From: a virus
Taxonomy: Duplodnaviria; Caudoviricetes
DNA: 45,940 nt
Direction: 5' to 3' (one strand)
Virus record (IMG/VR): IMGVR_UViG_3300048578_000393
Location: 1 to 45,940 of that record
Shown: positions 35,201-44,760 of the stretch, piece after piece
How positions within the stretch are numbered: position 1 is the first letter of the stretch
Layout of the letters: each line of letters opens with the position of its first letter
Position numbers and translations under genes: made by a program
The notes under the pieces: generated by a model
Told to the model about the DNA's origin: nothing
Databases searched by the model: none
The model's input: only the letters and a program-made list of their open reading frames with translations

Positions 35201-35874
35201 GCGCGCGGCCCTCCGATTGCGAGCGGAGCGAGGCCACCGGAAACACCGTGGTTGAGCGGCACGGCCGAGCCGGCCCGCCAACCGGCGCCGGCGGCCTCGG
35301 CGAACCGCTCATCACGCTTCACGGGCACCAGCGGCTTGGAAATGCCGCGAAACCGATGGTCCAGTACCGCCTGGGCTTCGAGCCGGAGGTCTTCGACGAC
35401 GGAGGCGGCGAACAGCTCCCGCAGACGATGCCGCAATCGCGTCACCATGCCGGCGACAAAGTCGGCGGCCGCTTGGCGCCTCGTCCCGACCGAACGCCGG
35501 CGCCGGTAGAAGGTGGACGTCTTGAACTGCGCCAGCTCGCGCTCGACGGCGCGGAACGTAATGACCTTCAAGTAGACGGCGATCTCCGGCCCCGGAGCCC
35601 GGCCGATGAACAACCAAGTGCCATCGGTCAGGATCGCGGCGCAGTTGGTGACGGTGGCGATCGTCGCCACCAGGTCGGCGCGCCAAGTCGCGCGCACGGT
35701 CGCCTCGCGCGTCGCTGCCTCCGTCATCTCGATTTCCTTGGCCGAGAGGCCGTGCTCAGCCATGAGGCGCGCCGCCAGCTCGGCCGCCGCCATCGCCTCG
35801 GCCTCAGTGCAGCCCGCCGACGTCGTCTTCGCCCGCAAGGCTGCGATCTTGGCCTTTAGTGAAGTGTTGCCCAT
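35197..35874 (-). CDS. DUF2786-domain protein
   Basis: KIAALRAKT...GCTEAEAMAAAE.AA.LM.EHGL N-terminal motif. Confidence 0.8.
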   Translation of the reverse strand: MGNTSLKAKIAALRAKTTSAGCTEAEAMAAAELAARLMAEHGLSAKEIEMTEAATREATVRATWRADLVATIATVTNCAAILTDGTWLFIGRAPGPEIAVYLKVITFRAVERELAQFKTSTFYRRRRSVGTRRQAAADFVAGMVTRLRHRLRELFAASVVEDLRLEAQAVLDHRFRGISKPLVPVKRDERFAEAAGAGWRAGSAVPLNHGVSGGLAPLAIGGPRA

Positions 35875-35879
35875 GGTGG

Positions 35880-36167
35880 TCAGCCCTCCCGACGATGCGT
35901 GAGCATGAGCGGGCGGACGTCAGCGCCGATCGCGTTGACCGCGCGGGCGAAGGAACGCTCGACCGGCGATTTCTCGGAGGGCCGGTAGGGCGAACGCTGA
36001 AGGCGGTCGGCCTCTGCGAGATCGCGCAGAAGGAAGCCGGCATCGACCGGATCGTCGAACTCCAGCTTGATCGTGATGACGGTCTTCGCGGCTTTGCGGG
36101 CCGAACTCTTGCCCGTAACCGCATAGTCGAGTAGCCGAGCACTGTTGGGAAGGAAAACCGAGTGCAT
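35880..36167 (-). CDS. Hypothetical protein
   Basis: 95 aa, GGAGG RBS, operonic. Confidence 0.6.
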   Translation of the reverse strand: MHSVFLPNSARLLDYAVTGKSSARKAAKTVITIKLEFDDPVDAGFLLRDLAEADRLQRSPYRPSEKSPVERSFARAVNAIGADVRPLMLTHRREG

Positions 36168-36168
36168 C

Positions 36169-36813
36169 TCAGCCTCCCGCCCGGGCGAGGTCGATCGAGA
36201 TCGGCGACCAATCGCCGTCCGGCGTCGGCCGCCGGTAGAAACGGATGTAGGTCCGCGATCCGATGACCCGGATGCTCTCCCGCACTGCGTCCATCGCCGC
36301 CTTCCAGCGCGCGTCCTCGATCGAGACCCGCAGCAGCATGAAGATCTCGGCGCGGTTGATCTTGCCTTCGCGATCGACCTGGAATGCGCGGTTGACCACA
36401 GCGCGCAGCTCATCGCGCGACCCCTCCGCCCAGTCGGTCAGGCACGCATCAACCAGCGTCTTCGCCGCCTGCAGCTCGGGGCCAAACTCAATCATATCGG
36501 CGACTTGGATCTTGACCTGGAGCGTGCCGTCAAAGCTCGTGAAGGTCGTGTTGCCCTTCGCGCCACCGTGCTTCGCGCCAAACTCCTGGTCGATCAGCGC
36601 CTGGAAGCTGCCGACGTCGTCGAAGCAATGGCCGCGAAACCGGCCGATCTGTTCCGACAGGTCGACCGCGAAACCGATCATCTTGCGCACCAGCTCGTCC
36701 ATGAGCTTGTCGATCGGCTTGACGACACCGACCGGCACCAGGGCGCCGCGCGTGTCGCGCATGTACTGCTCGCCGGCGATCTCGAAGATGCCGGTAGTCG
36801 TGTTCGTGTTCAT
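36169..36813 (-). CDS. DUF3164 family protein, typical of Mu-like phages
   Basis: YMRD..G.LVP...VKPIDKL.D, KGN.TFTSFDG, FGPELQAAK.L.D.C, YIRFYRR. Confidence 0.88.
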   Translation of the reverse strand: MNTNTTTGIFEIAGEQYMRDTRGALVPVGVVKPIDKLMDELVRKMIGFAVDLSEQIGRFRGHCFDDVGSFQALIDQEFGAKHGGAKGNTTFTSFDGTLQVKIQVADMIEFGPELQAAKTLVDACLTDWAEGSRDELRAVVNRAFQVDREGKINRAEIFMLLRVSIEDARWKAAMDAVRESIRVIGSRTYIRFYRRPTPDGDWSPISIDLARAGG

Positions 36814-37535
36814 GCTCGCTCCTGTGGCTTGGCAAAGTCGGCCTTGAGGGTGGTTTGAAGGACGTTCAGAGCCGCCGAGAGGGCCTCTGTGGCGGACCGC
36901 TCGTCGCGCGTGAACTTCGCGTCGCTGAGGCGGCGATGGGCGCTGATCGTGCGCTCGATCGCCTGGGCAAGCCTTGGCGACGGCTGGCTTACGATCACCG
37001 GCGACGGTGTTGGCGGCGGATCCTCCGGCGCCAGTTCCTCGCCGTTGATCTCGATCGCGACGGCTCCATCCGCGATGGCGCGCTGGACCACGGCCAGTGC
37101 CAACGCCATCACCTCTCGCGCAGTCGGATTGGCACGTCCGCCACCAGAGACGACGTCGACCGCGACCTTGATGGGGTCGACCAACTCCCGCTCGGCGAGC
37201 TTGGCGGCCCCGTTGCGGCGGGCATCCAGCAGGATCTCGTCCAGATGCACGATCTTCGGCGCGAGGACAGGGTCGTTGAGCAACCGCTCGGTGACCCGGC
37301 CGACGGCGCTGTGAACCGTTGACGGGGAACGACCACCGACACGGCGCCCAATCATGAACAGGTTCTCGACCGTATGCCGGCTGGCCAGCCAGATGGCGAT
37401 GTCACGCTCCGCCGAGAATTCACGGCGGTAGGAGACGAGCTCCTCGGTCTTGATGTTGAACATCACGCCCACGGCCTGGACGCAGGCTAGCACCGTAAGC
37501 GGCGGCAGAGTGCGCAGGTCGGGAGCGTCAAGCAT
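36810..37535 (-). CDS. Protein with DnaA C-terminal (domain IV)-like HTH
   Basis: V...F.I...EL.S.RR....RDIAIWL..RHT...L..IGR..GGR..STV.SAV..V. Confidence 0.75.
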   Translation of the reverse strand: MLDAPDLRTLPPLTVLACVQAVGVMFNIKTEELVSYRREFSAERDIAIWLASRHTVENLFMIGRRVGGRSPSTVHSAVGRVTERLLNDPVLAPKIVHLDEILLDARRNGAAKLAERELVDPIKVAVDVVSGGGRANPTAREVMALALAVVQRAIADGAVAIEINGEELAPEDPPPTPSPVIVSQPSPRLAQAIERTISAHRRLSDAKFTRDERSATEALSAALNVLQTTLKADFAKPQERA

Positions 37536-37719
37536 CGGCGTTCCCCCCGGTCGCATTCTCCAGCCTGCGCACCTCTCGCGCCGCGCGGCGGCAGCCATCC
37601 GCGAGATCGCTATTCAGGATCTCGATCAGTTCCTCGCGCTGGATCGGAGCGACGATGTGCTCCCCTCCAAGCTTCGCGAGCACCCGGCCGAGATCATCCA
37701 ACTGCTGACTGATCTTCAT
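37528..37719 (-). CDS. Hypothetical protein
   Basis: 63 aa helical ORF, coupled to its neighbours. Confidence 0.6.
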   Translation of the reverse strand: MKISQQLDDLGRVLAKLGGEHIVAPIQREELIEILNSDLADGCRRAAREVRRLENATGGNADA

Positions 37720-38105
37720 GGGGATCCCTCTTTGTGCGGGCAGGTCTTGCAGGCGCGACGGAGCCGCGCCCGTGTCGAGTTCGTCGCGGCGAAAGGTCGG
37801 GACTGCTCCTGGCGGCAGCGATCACGCCCGATGACGTCGAGCACCGGGCACATCACGGTCTCCGCCATGAAGGCGCCCCGGACCATCGCCTCGACCTTGG
37901 CGAGGTTGCCGCCGTACTTGGCGGAAATGACCTGGCCGACGACCGTGGCGACGTAGCCAATCCGCTTGCCGACCTCGGCCGTGCTCGTGCGGGTCGCCTC
38001 CTCGGCAAGTGCAACGATCCAGTCGGGTGGGACGTCGCCCCAGCCGCGCCGCGCGTTGGCATGGAAATCGGTCTGGCTGCGACCGGGCTCGGGACCGCGG
38101 ATCAT
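37716..38105 (-). CDS. HTH protein with C-terminal Cys cluster
   Basis: WG..PPDWI..LA, VGKRIGY..TVV.QV, CPVL..I....C...ACKTCP. Confidence 0.7.
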   Translation of the reverse strand: MIRGPEPGRSQTDFHANARRGWGDVPPDWIVALAEEATRTSTAEVGKRIGYVATVVGQVISAKYGGNLAKVEAMVRGAFMAETVMCPVLDVIGRDRCRQEQSRPFAATNSTRARLRRACKTCPHKEGSP

Positions 38106-38728
38106 GCCAACTCCTCCGCCTCGGCCTCGCCTACGACCTCGTCGATGTTCGGGTCGTAGACGAGTTTGGTGCGCAGGATCCGAGGAGCGAGCGGCCCCCG
38201 GTTCATCGTCTTCTTCAGTCGGACGACGGCGAGCCGGGCGCCGCGACCACTCACTGCCTCCCGCTCCACCGTCAAGTAGCCGGCCGCTTGAAGGCGATGG
38301 ACATAGCTCTTCGCAGTTTCCAGCGTGACCGGCCGCTCTTCCGTCGAAGCGGACACCGCCAGTTCCAAGGCCGTGAAGGAGCGCAGCGCCCGCATCGCGT
38401 TCCACATCGCCTCCTGACCGGAAGCTACGACGCGGCCGCCGCGCGCGAGATGCGGCAGGACGCTGGGCCGCTGGACCAGACGGAACAGGACGGGGGCGCC
38501 GGGCCGGGCGGGATCCTGGCGCGCCGCGATGCCGGCATCCACCAGGTTCGTCAACCACTGGCGCACTGTCGCCTTGTCGACGCTGTTGGTCTGGCCGAGC
38601 ACGTCTTCTATGGTGAACAGCCGATCGCGATCGGCCGCCGTCAGGTCGCGAACAACCTTCCAATAGTAGGCCGATCCGCGTCGGATCGGCTTGGTCTTGT
38701 CGACCTTGAGGGCGAGCACGATGGCCAT
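38102..38728 (-). CDS. Tandem winged-helix hypothetical protein downstream of MuB
   Basis: Two wHTH-like repeats (FTIEDV...TV.QWL..L..AG; FTALEL...AKSY...L..AGYL). Confidence 0.7.
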   Translation of the reverse strand: MAIVLALKVDKTKPIRRGSAYYWKVVRDLTAADRDRLFTIEDVLGQTNSVDKATVRQWLTNLVDAGIAARQDPARPGAPVLFRLVQRPSVLPHLARGGRVVASGQEAMWNAMRALRSFTALELAVSASTEERPVTLETAKSYVHRLQAAGYLTVEREAVSGRGARLAVVRLKKTMNRGPLAPRILRTKLVYDPNIDEVVGEAEAEELA

Positions 38729-39468
38729 CAGGCGGCGCTCCTCGGCCGAGGGGCTGCACCGGTGTAGAACTGGCCGGTGTAGGTCGTCGTGCTCAGTTCC
38801 TTGAGGCCGGCGTTGCGCGCCGCTTCGACGACCAGATCGAGATTCACGACGATGCGCCGTGCCCGCCCGCCAGACTGTTGGCGGATCCGGTCCAGAAGGT
38901 CATCAGAGAGCGTCAGGTGACCGGCGAGCAATGAGGCAAGCGCTCGCGTGTCGTCCAGATCGCAGGGCTGTGCCGGCTCCCACACGAGGACGCGGTTGTG
39001 CACCCGTTCGACCTCGGCGATTTTCGCCGGCAGCTTCTCCTCGCCGAGGAGAAGGATCGGGGCGCCGCTCTCCTCCTGGAGCTGGCGCACCATCTCGATC
39101 ATGTTCTTGTCGCAGAGCTTGTCCGCCTCATCGATGATGAGCGGCCGATCGTCGTCGACCAACGTCTCGACCGCGCGGTCAACCAGCTGCGAGATGGTGC
39201 CGCGCGTTTCGCAGCCCAACTCGACGCAGAGCTTTTCCAGGAAGGTCTTCCGCGTCCAGCTGTCGCCGACCTCGACGCGCGCGGCGCGGGTCTTGTTCTG
39301 CACGAAGATCGCCGAGTACGTCTTGCCGAAGCCCGAGTGCCCGTAGAACACCCCCAACCCCGGCCGCCCCGGCCCGCGATCGCGCAGCTTGTTCATTGCG
39401 ACCATGCAGGCTGCGACGTTCTTCAACGCCGCGACGGTCCCCCTAATTCCCCCAGTATGCGCGTTCAT
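38728..39468 (-). CDS. MuB-like AAA+ transposition ATPase
   Basis: Walker A GHSGFGKT, Walker B LIIDEAD; follows the transposase. Confidence 0.92.
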   Translation of the reverse strand: MNAHTGGIRGTVAALKNVAACMVAMNKLRDRGPGRPGLGVFYGHSGFGKTYSAIFVQNKTRAARVEVGDSWTRKTFLEKLCVELGCETRGTISQLVDRAVETLVDDDRPLIIDEADKLCDKNMIEMVRQLQEESGAPILLLGEEKLPAKIAEVERVHNRVLVWEPAQPCDLDDTRALASLLAGHLTLSDDLLDRIRQQSGGRARRIVVNLDLVVEAARNAGLKELSTTTYTGQFYTGAAPRPRSAA

Positions 39469-39521
39469 TTCTAGCCTCGTGTTAGTCGAATTGCCGCAGG
39501 GTCGGCAGTCAAAGCGGTACC

Positions 39522-41684
39522 TCAGACCTCCCCGTAGACAGCGTGCTGGCCCCGATACTCTGGGCCGGCGGTGTAATTGCCGAGCCAGTAGGCGTCGGCC
39601 TCGGAGATGGGCTCTCCGCCTTCGCGGCGCGCCATCAGCGCGCGAGCGCGCCGGTAGCGTTGCTGCGGGGTCTCTTGCGTGCGGATCGGCCGCACCGTGT
39701 CGGTCGCCGCTGGCATGGTCGGCACGGCGGCGGCCATCAGTTCGGCGTGCATCCGTTCGACCTGTGCCGAGAACGGAGCCGGCTCGGGGGTGCGGGTTGC
39801 CGCTTCCAGCGCGGCGGCGATCGCCGGTGTCTCGTGCGGGATCTGACGCTTCGGCAAGGGGATGACATTCGGGAGGTCGCGCGCCGCCACCTGCAGAGCA
39901 CGCTCAAGCAGCGACGGGCCGGAGATGAGGTCCTTGATTTCCTTGCGTACCTCGCGGCCTGACTTGTTAAGCCGCTCGGCAGTGATTTCCCGCTTGGCGG
40001 CCAGCAAGGTCGCGGCGCTGATGCCAGATAGCTCGGGGCAGGTCGCCTCGCCGACATAGGCGCCAGTTTCGGCGTCGAAGGCATAGGCGCGGCCCGCGTC
40101 CATCGGATCCATGCGGACAAGGACACGGTCTTTGGGTAGCGCCGCGTTGATGATGTAGTGCCGCCCCGCAACCCGGATGCCGAGCTTGGTGACCGTGCGA
40201 ATGCCGCCCTGATCTGGGATCGGCATCAGCAGGATGTCGAGCGCGCGCGCGTCGACCGTCCGAATGGGTTTGGAGGAACTGGCGGCAGCCGAAGCAGGCG
40301 TGCGGCCTTTGAGGCCAGCGTGAGGACGTTGCTGATAGATTGTCTCCGACCAGCCGTCGATCAGCCGCTGGAAGTCCTGCTCATCGAGTGTTGCTCCGAA
40401 GGCGTCGGCCGTCTCCATATGCAGGCGCTGCGCGAACGTCTTGCGGTCTTCGATCCGTTTCCTGTCGGCCACGTTGTGACCGATGAAGCCGGGAAGCTGC
40501 GCCGCGCAATCGTGCTGGAACGTCTTGATGACGCGTTCGACGTGGATCTTCTCCTCAGGATGGTAGGCTTGCGAAAGCTCCATCTCGACCTGGAGCGACG
40601 CGAATAGACGTTTCGTCTCAGCCGCGACGAAATCGCTGCCGTTGTCGGTCTTGATCTTGTCGGGAACGCCCCAAGCGAGGATCGCCTTGCGCAACAGCAG
40701 GGCGACGGCGGCTGCCCTCGGGGTGTGACTGACGTAGAAAATCGCCCTGCGCGTTCCGATATCGATGCAGGCGTAGACGTTTGGGCGCCGTCCGTCCCGG
40801 TCCAAGGCATCGATCGGCGAGGCGTCGATCATCCAGAGCGTATTGGGCTCGCCGACCCAGCGGTACGTCCCGACACCCGACGGTGCCATCGCTGACCGAT
40901 ATCGGTCGGGATCGCTCAGTTTGGTCAGAAGAACGACCTTCGTGCTCTTGAGCGTCTTGATGAAGTGCTGGAATGTCCGAACGGGAGGAACGGAAAACAC
41001 CTGTCCCGTCTCAACATTCGTCAATGTATCGCCGAACTTGGCGCGGCATTGCACCTGCACCTGCTTCGCCGTCAGCAAAGGCTGGTGCGCGATCAGCGCC
41101 AGAACGAAGGTCTGCAGTCGGCCACCCTCGGCGGTATCGAGCAGCCCTTTACCCTTGCGAGCTGCGGCGCGGTCAACAGCGAGCCGGTCGGCCCGCCCCA
41201 TGAATTTGAAGGAGCGCCAGCGGGCCAGCGTGCGCTTGGAAAGCTGCGGCACCAGCTCGACGATCCAGCTGTCGATGGCGATGGAGCGCAGATTGTAGCG
41301 GTCGACGAAGATCTGCGTCCGCGACGCTTCGGAAAGCCGTTGCCCCTTCGAAAACGCTTCGTAGGCCGCGACGATGGCCAGCCGCGCATCCCGCTCGCGG
41401 GCGGCTCGATCGGTCAGGTTGTCGCCGAGTACCAGCGCCGGTGCCGGAGCGGGCTCCGCTCGCTCTATTTGGCGATGACGGCGCTCATATTCGAGCCGCG
41501 CCTCAGGCAGCAGCAGGTTGACATGGTACTCCAGCCCGCCGCCACGCCCAGCGCGCGGCCGGACGTAGGACAGGCTATCTGCCCAGCCAAGGCGATCGGC
41601 CAGCCGCACCACGGCGCTGTGCGTCGTCGGCATCTCGGGCAGTGCCTCTGCGGCGATCTCTCGCGCCGTCAGCCACTCCTTCAT
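39522..41684 (-). CDS. MuA-like DDE transposase
   Basis: N-terminal Mu DNA-binding domain (WLTAREIA...R.GRGGGLEY); WMIDAS, KTDNGSDF, HVER; C-terminal VRMDP.D.G; uninterrupted 720 aa. Confidence 0.95.
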   Translation of the reverse strand: MKEWLTAREIAAEALPEMPTTHSAVVRLADRLGWADSLSYVRPRAGRGGGLEYHVNLLLPEARLEYERRHRQIERAEPAPAPALVLGDNLTDRAARERDARLAIVAAYEAFSKGQRLSEASRTQIFVDRYNLRSIAIDSWIVELVPQLSKRTLARWRSFKFMGRADRLAVDRAAARKGKGLLDTAEGGRLQTFVLALIAHQPLLTAKQVQVQCRAKFGDTLTNVETGQVFSVPPVRTFQHFIKTLKSTKVVLLTKLSDPDRYRSAMAPSGVGTYRWVGEPNTLWMIDASPIDALDRDGRRPNVYACIDIGTRRAIFYVSHTPRAAAVALLLRKAILAWGVPDKIKTDNGSDFVAAETKRLFASLQVEMELSQAYHPEEKIHVERVIKTFQHDCAAQLPGFIGHNVADRKRIEDRKTFAQRLHMETADAFGATLDEQDFQRLIDGWSETIYQQRPHAGLKGRTPASAAASSSKPIRTVDARALDILLMPIPDQGGIRTVTKLGIRVAGRHYIINAALPKDRVLVRMDPMDAGRAYAFDAETGAYVGEATCPELSGISAATLLAAKREITAERLNKSGREVRKEIKDLISGPSLLERALQVAARDLPNVIPLPKRQIPHETPAIAAALEAATRTPEPAPFSAQVERMHAELMAAAVPTMPAATDTVRPIRTQETPQQRYRRARALMARREGGEPISEADAYWLGNYTAGPEYRGQHAVYGEV

Positions 41685-42136
41685 CGCCGCGCCCTCCATT
41701 CCGCATCGGCCGCCTGCTCGTCGCGCTCCGCCCGCTCCTTCAGTTCGCGGGCGCGCTCGCGCTTCAGCAGCGCCTCGTACTTCCCCGGCACCACGATCAG
41801 GTCCATGTCGGCCAACAGCGTGTTCAGCGCCCTCGGGTCGCCGGTGACGGCGATCAAGCCCGCAAGGCGCAGCGCGCTGATCGCATGCGGCTTTTCCGGG
41901 CTGGCGTAGGCATCGAGCATCGCGCGCGTAACCTTCTCGTCGATCGTCTCCGACAGCGCCGCCGCGATCTCCTCCCGGCTGCGCCCGTCATCCTCCAGCG
42001 TCCGGGCGATCGCCCGCGACACCCGCCGCGCCCGTGACCAAGCCCGCACTTCCGCCTCGTCGAAGCGCGGCACCACCGGAGCCGTTTGCGCGTCGCGGAA
42101 GAGATCGAGCGTGGCTGTGTCGCGCGGCCGCTTCAT
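41681..42136 (-). CDS. Conserved Mu-like early protein (probable DNA-binding)
   Basis: SREEIAA.LSE...E.V...MLDAYAS....H.IS..R; ATGA overlap with the transposase. Confidence 0.7.
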   Translation of the reverse strand: MKRPRDTATLDLFRDAQTAPVVPRFDEAEVRAWSRARRVSRAIARTLEDDGRSREEIAAALSETIDEKVTRAMLDAYASPEKPHAISALRLAGLIAVTGDPRALNTLLADMDLIVVPGKYEALLKRERARELKERAERDEQAADAEWRARR

Positions 42137-42141
42137 CGGTG

Positions 42142-43002
42142 TCAGGCGCTCCGGCGGGTCGGCTTGGACGCGGCCTTGCGGGCGGCAACCCACATCTCGA
42201 TGGCCTCGGCATGGGCGTCGAAGAACCGGAACTGCTCGGGCGGCTGGAGGCGAGAGAAGCGGTCGGAGACCCGCTCCCAGCCCGTGATCCTGAGCGGCGG
42301 CGGCACCTTGTCGAGGACCGCGATCGCTTCGGCGACGCTATGTGCCTCGGGCTCCTCGGCGAGCAGCAGATCGAGGATCAGCGACTGGCGCTCGGCGCTC
42401 TGGTGGGAGAGCTGCAGCAGCTCGCTCTGGCGGTTCGCGAGCGGCGTCGCCGAAAGGCGCTGCCGGGTATCGGCTGCCAGCCCGCTGGCGATCTGGATGG
42501 AGACCTGAACGGAGCGTTCGGAGATGTCCATCGCCTCGGCGGCGGCGGCCGAGAAGCGCACCACGAAGTTCTTCGCAGATTCTGCGATCAATTCAGGGGT
42601 GGCGGCTTTCTTGGGTTTCGGGCCGCGCTTTGGCAGCGGCTGAGAGCCCTCGTAGATCTCCTTCCAGGCCAGAATGGCGACCGCGCGGTCCAACTCCGTC
42701 AGCTCATAGCGGACGATGTTCTCCTTGATCTCGCGGAGGCGGAGCCACGCCTCATCCTGCGGCCCTTGACGCAAGGGCCACACCCGCGCCTCTATCGTCG
42801 CCGCACCGGCCTTCTTCGCCGCAGCCAGACGGTGCGCGCCGGCGACAAGCCGGTATCCGATCTCCGTCTCAGCCACCTCGATCGGCGGCAGCGGCTGGCC
42901 GGTCGCGATCTCGGCGACCATCGTCTCCACCCAGACGTCGCGCAGCAGGCGCAGGCGCTCGGTGGTTTCGATGCGGGCGATTTCGATGCTTTGAATGGAC
43001 AT
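42142..43002 (-). CDS. ParB N-terminal-domain protein
   Basis: PIEV...YRLVAGAHRLAA, EIKENIVR.EL..LDRA, followed by an HTH. Confidence 0.85.
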   Translation of the reverse strand: MSIQSIEIARIETTERLRLLRDVWVETMVAEIATGQPLPPIEVAETEIGYRLVAGAHRLAAAKKAGAATIEARVWPLRQGPQDEAWLRLREIKENIVRYELTELDRAVAILAWKEIYEGSQPLPKRGPKPKKAATPELIAESAKNFVVRFSAAAAEAMDISERSVQVSIQIASGLAADTRQRLSATPLANRQSELLQLSHQSAERQSLILDLLLAEEPEAHSVAEAIAVLDKVPPPLRITGWERVSDRFSRLQPPEQFRFFDAHAEAIEMWVAARKAASKPTRRSA

Positions 43003-43118
43003 TGATGGGACTTCCAAGAGGGGTTTCGGTTGCCGTCTCTCCGGCTGCCCCACCACTTGCCGCAGGTGGCGCGTGTCCTCAGACTGGGAGCGCAACCAAC
43101 CGAGTCGGAGGAATGGGA

Positions 43119-43370
43119 ATGTCAGAGGTCAGCCCGAGGATTGTGGGGGCCGAGGTGGCCGATGCATTGGTGCTGCGCCTGCTGCTGGTGCTTGCGGCCA
43201 AGCAGACCGGCACCGAAGCGACAGCTCTTGCCGCTTGGCGGGCTGACCTGGAAAACCAAGTGGCGAAGTTCGGTTTACCCGGAAGCGATGCCGCCGAAGC
43301 GGCCGTGCTGGCGGAGGTTGCCGAGGCCACGAAGGACCGGCTCGCAGAGATCTTCGCGCGCATCACGTAG
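43119..43370 (+). CDS. Small hypothetical protein antisense to the early operon
   Basis: GGAGG 7 nt before ATG 43119; 83 aa amphipathic helices; the opposite-strand ORF looks like a shadow. Confidence 0.55.
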   Translation: MSEVSPRIVGAEVADALVLRLLLVLAAKQTGTEATALAAWRADLENQVAKFGLPGSDAAEAAVLAEVAEATKDRLAEIFARIT

Positions 43371-43989
43371 GATCCTGCATGCCGAGAATTCGGCGCCTGA
43401 TCTCCGCGGCGTGGGCCCCAGTCAGCGCGAGTAGCCGGCCTCCGAAATGCGCGATGATGAGGTGGAGCACGACCATCTGTGCGTCGTCATCGTTGCTCAT
43501 CAGCACATCGAGAGACGCGATGATCGCGCTTCTGATCAGATCATCGACCTCAAGATCCGGGTTGGCGCCGAAGGCGCGCTCGACCACGTCCTTCGTGGTC
43601 TCGCCGTCTCCGCCGCGCACGGATTGAGCCAGCGCCTGTGCATAGGCAAGGCCCTGGTCATGCATAGGCGGAGCGGCCATGTCGCGCTCCTGCGATGCGT
43701 GACGGCGCTCGGCCTTGCCCTTCTCCGCTGGCTGGCAGGGGCTCGGGTAGCGCACCTCGATCTCGTGCTCGGCGGCGTATCGCTCAAAGTGCCGACGAGC
43801 CGTTGCGGGGTCGCCTCCGTGGAGCGCGTTGAGAGCGTCCGCCGTAAGGTCGGCATTCTCCTGCCGGTCGAATGTCCCGATGACCCTCATCCGGGTGAAG
43901 CGATTTGCGTCGATGACGCTCTCCACAACCGCATGGCCATCCCGGCCCTGGGGCATCACATGCCACCGGCGCATGTCAGTGCGCGTCAT
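43363..43989 (-). CDS. Hypothetical early protein
   Basis: TGATG overlap with the upstream gene; 208 aa. Confidence 0.6.
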   Translation of the reverse strand: MTRTDMRRWHVMPQGRDGHAVVESVIDANRFTRMRVIGTFDRQENADLTADALNALHGGDPATARRHFERYAAEHEIEVRYPSPCQPAEKGKAERRHASQERDMAAPPMHDQGLAYAQALAQSVRGGDGETTKDVVERAFGANPDLEVDDLIRSAIIASLDVLMSNDDDAQMVVLHLIIAHFGGRLLALTGAHAAEIRRRILGMQDPT

Positions 43990-44237
43990 CACCAGCCTCC
44001 CTCGATCGCGGCTGCCCAGATGGCGACCGCCGTGCAGAAGAGGCCGAGCGCGACGAGCGACCAGCCCGCGTGAACCGCGAAACGGAATGAGCGGCGGACC
44101 GCAAAGAGATGGGCGGAGGAGGCCTGAGCCTCCCCCGCCGTCGCGCGCGTTTTGGCGTCGAGGCCAGGGTTCAGGGGGGTCTTGCGCGCGAGATCGTTGT
44201 CTGCGCCCGCCGGTTCGATGGACAGGAACTTGCTCAT
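43989..44237 (-). CDS. Hypothetical protein with C-terminal TM helix
   Basis: ATGA overlap with the ner stop; WSLVALGLFCTAVAIWAA. Confidence 0.55.
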   Translation of the reverse strand: MSKFLSIEPAGADNDLARKTPLNPGLDAKTRATAGEAQASSAHLFAVRRSFRFAVHAGWSLVALGLFCTAVAIWAAAIEGGW

Positions 44238-44527
44238 GCAGCAGCTCCACGGTCCGCGCCGGCAGCGCATTTCAGACTCGATTTCTCAATGTCCGCCGTG
44301 GCAGGGTTGCTCGGACGGCGGAGGTACCGGCCAGGGAACAGTTCCTGGACGGTGACGCCGAGCGTCTTGGCGATGACCAGGGCGCCAGGCAGGCACGAGC
44401 TACTCAGCGCGCGCCTGCAGGCGCTCTCGTGCAGTCCGTTGTCGAGGGCGAGCCGGGTGAGCGTATAGCCACGCCGCGCCAGTTCGGCCTTGATCGCGTG
44501 GGTGTCCCACTCCTTGCGGGTGGCCAT
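44234..44527 (-). CDS. ner: Ner-like (Nlp/SfsB family) transcriptional regulator
   Basis: WD.HAIKAEL.RRG.TL..LA..NGL......AL......G...IA..LGV...ELFP.RY; divergent from the repressor. Confidence 0.9.
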   Translation of the reverse strand: MATRKEWDTHAIKAELARRGYTLTRLALDNGLHESACRRALSSSCLPGALVIAKTLGVTVQELFPGRYLRRPSNPATADIEKSSLKCAAGADRGAAA

Positions 44528-44600
44528 CGTCTCCGTTCCTTTCGTGGCCAGAGCTGGCAGGCTCCGGCGCGGTGGGTGTGTCGTCACGGTTGATAGGGCA

Positions 44601-44706
44601 AACGTGACCGTAATTTGGTTCACTGTCAAGGCATGTGAGCGGGTCAATGTTCATTTTGACCCTAATTTCGGTCATCGGTGATCAACTCATTGAAAGTCAA
44701 TGAGTT
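44601..44706. promoter_or_regulatory. Lysis/lysogeny switch region: early promoter, operators, IHF-like site
   Basis: TTGACA on the minus strand at 44624-44629; 18-mers TGACCGTAATTTGGTTCA (44605-44622) and TGACCCTAATTTCGGTCA (44657-44674); ATCAA-N4-TTG (44681-44692). Confidence 0.65.
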
Positions 44707-44760
44707 TTTCTGGTTTGCTCGCTAGATTGGGGACTTTGACTCGGGGTCAGGGTTGCGCTG

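Noticed and set aside
43079-43366. 95-aa minus-strand ORF in the early operon
   Set aside because: Ser/Ala/Thr-rich sequence typical of a shadow frame; the plus-strand ORF has the SD and a more protein-like pattern. Not fully excluded.
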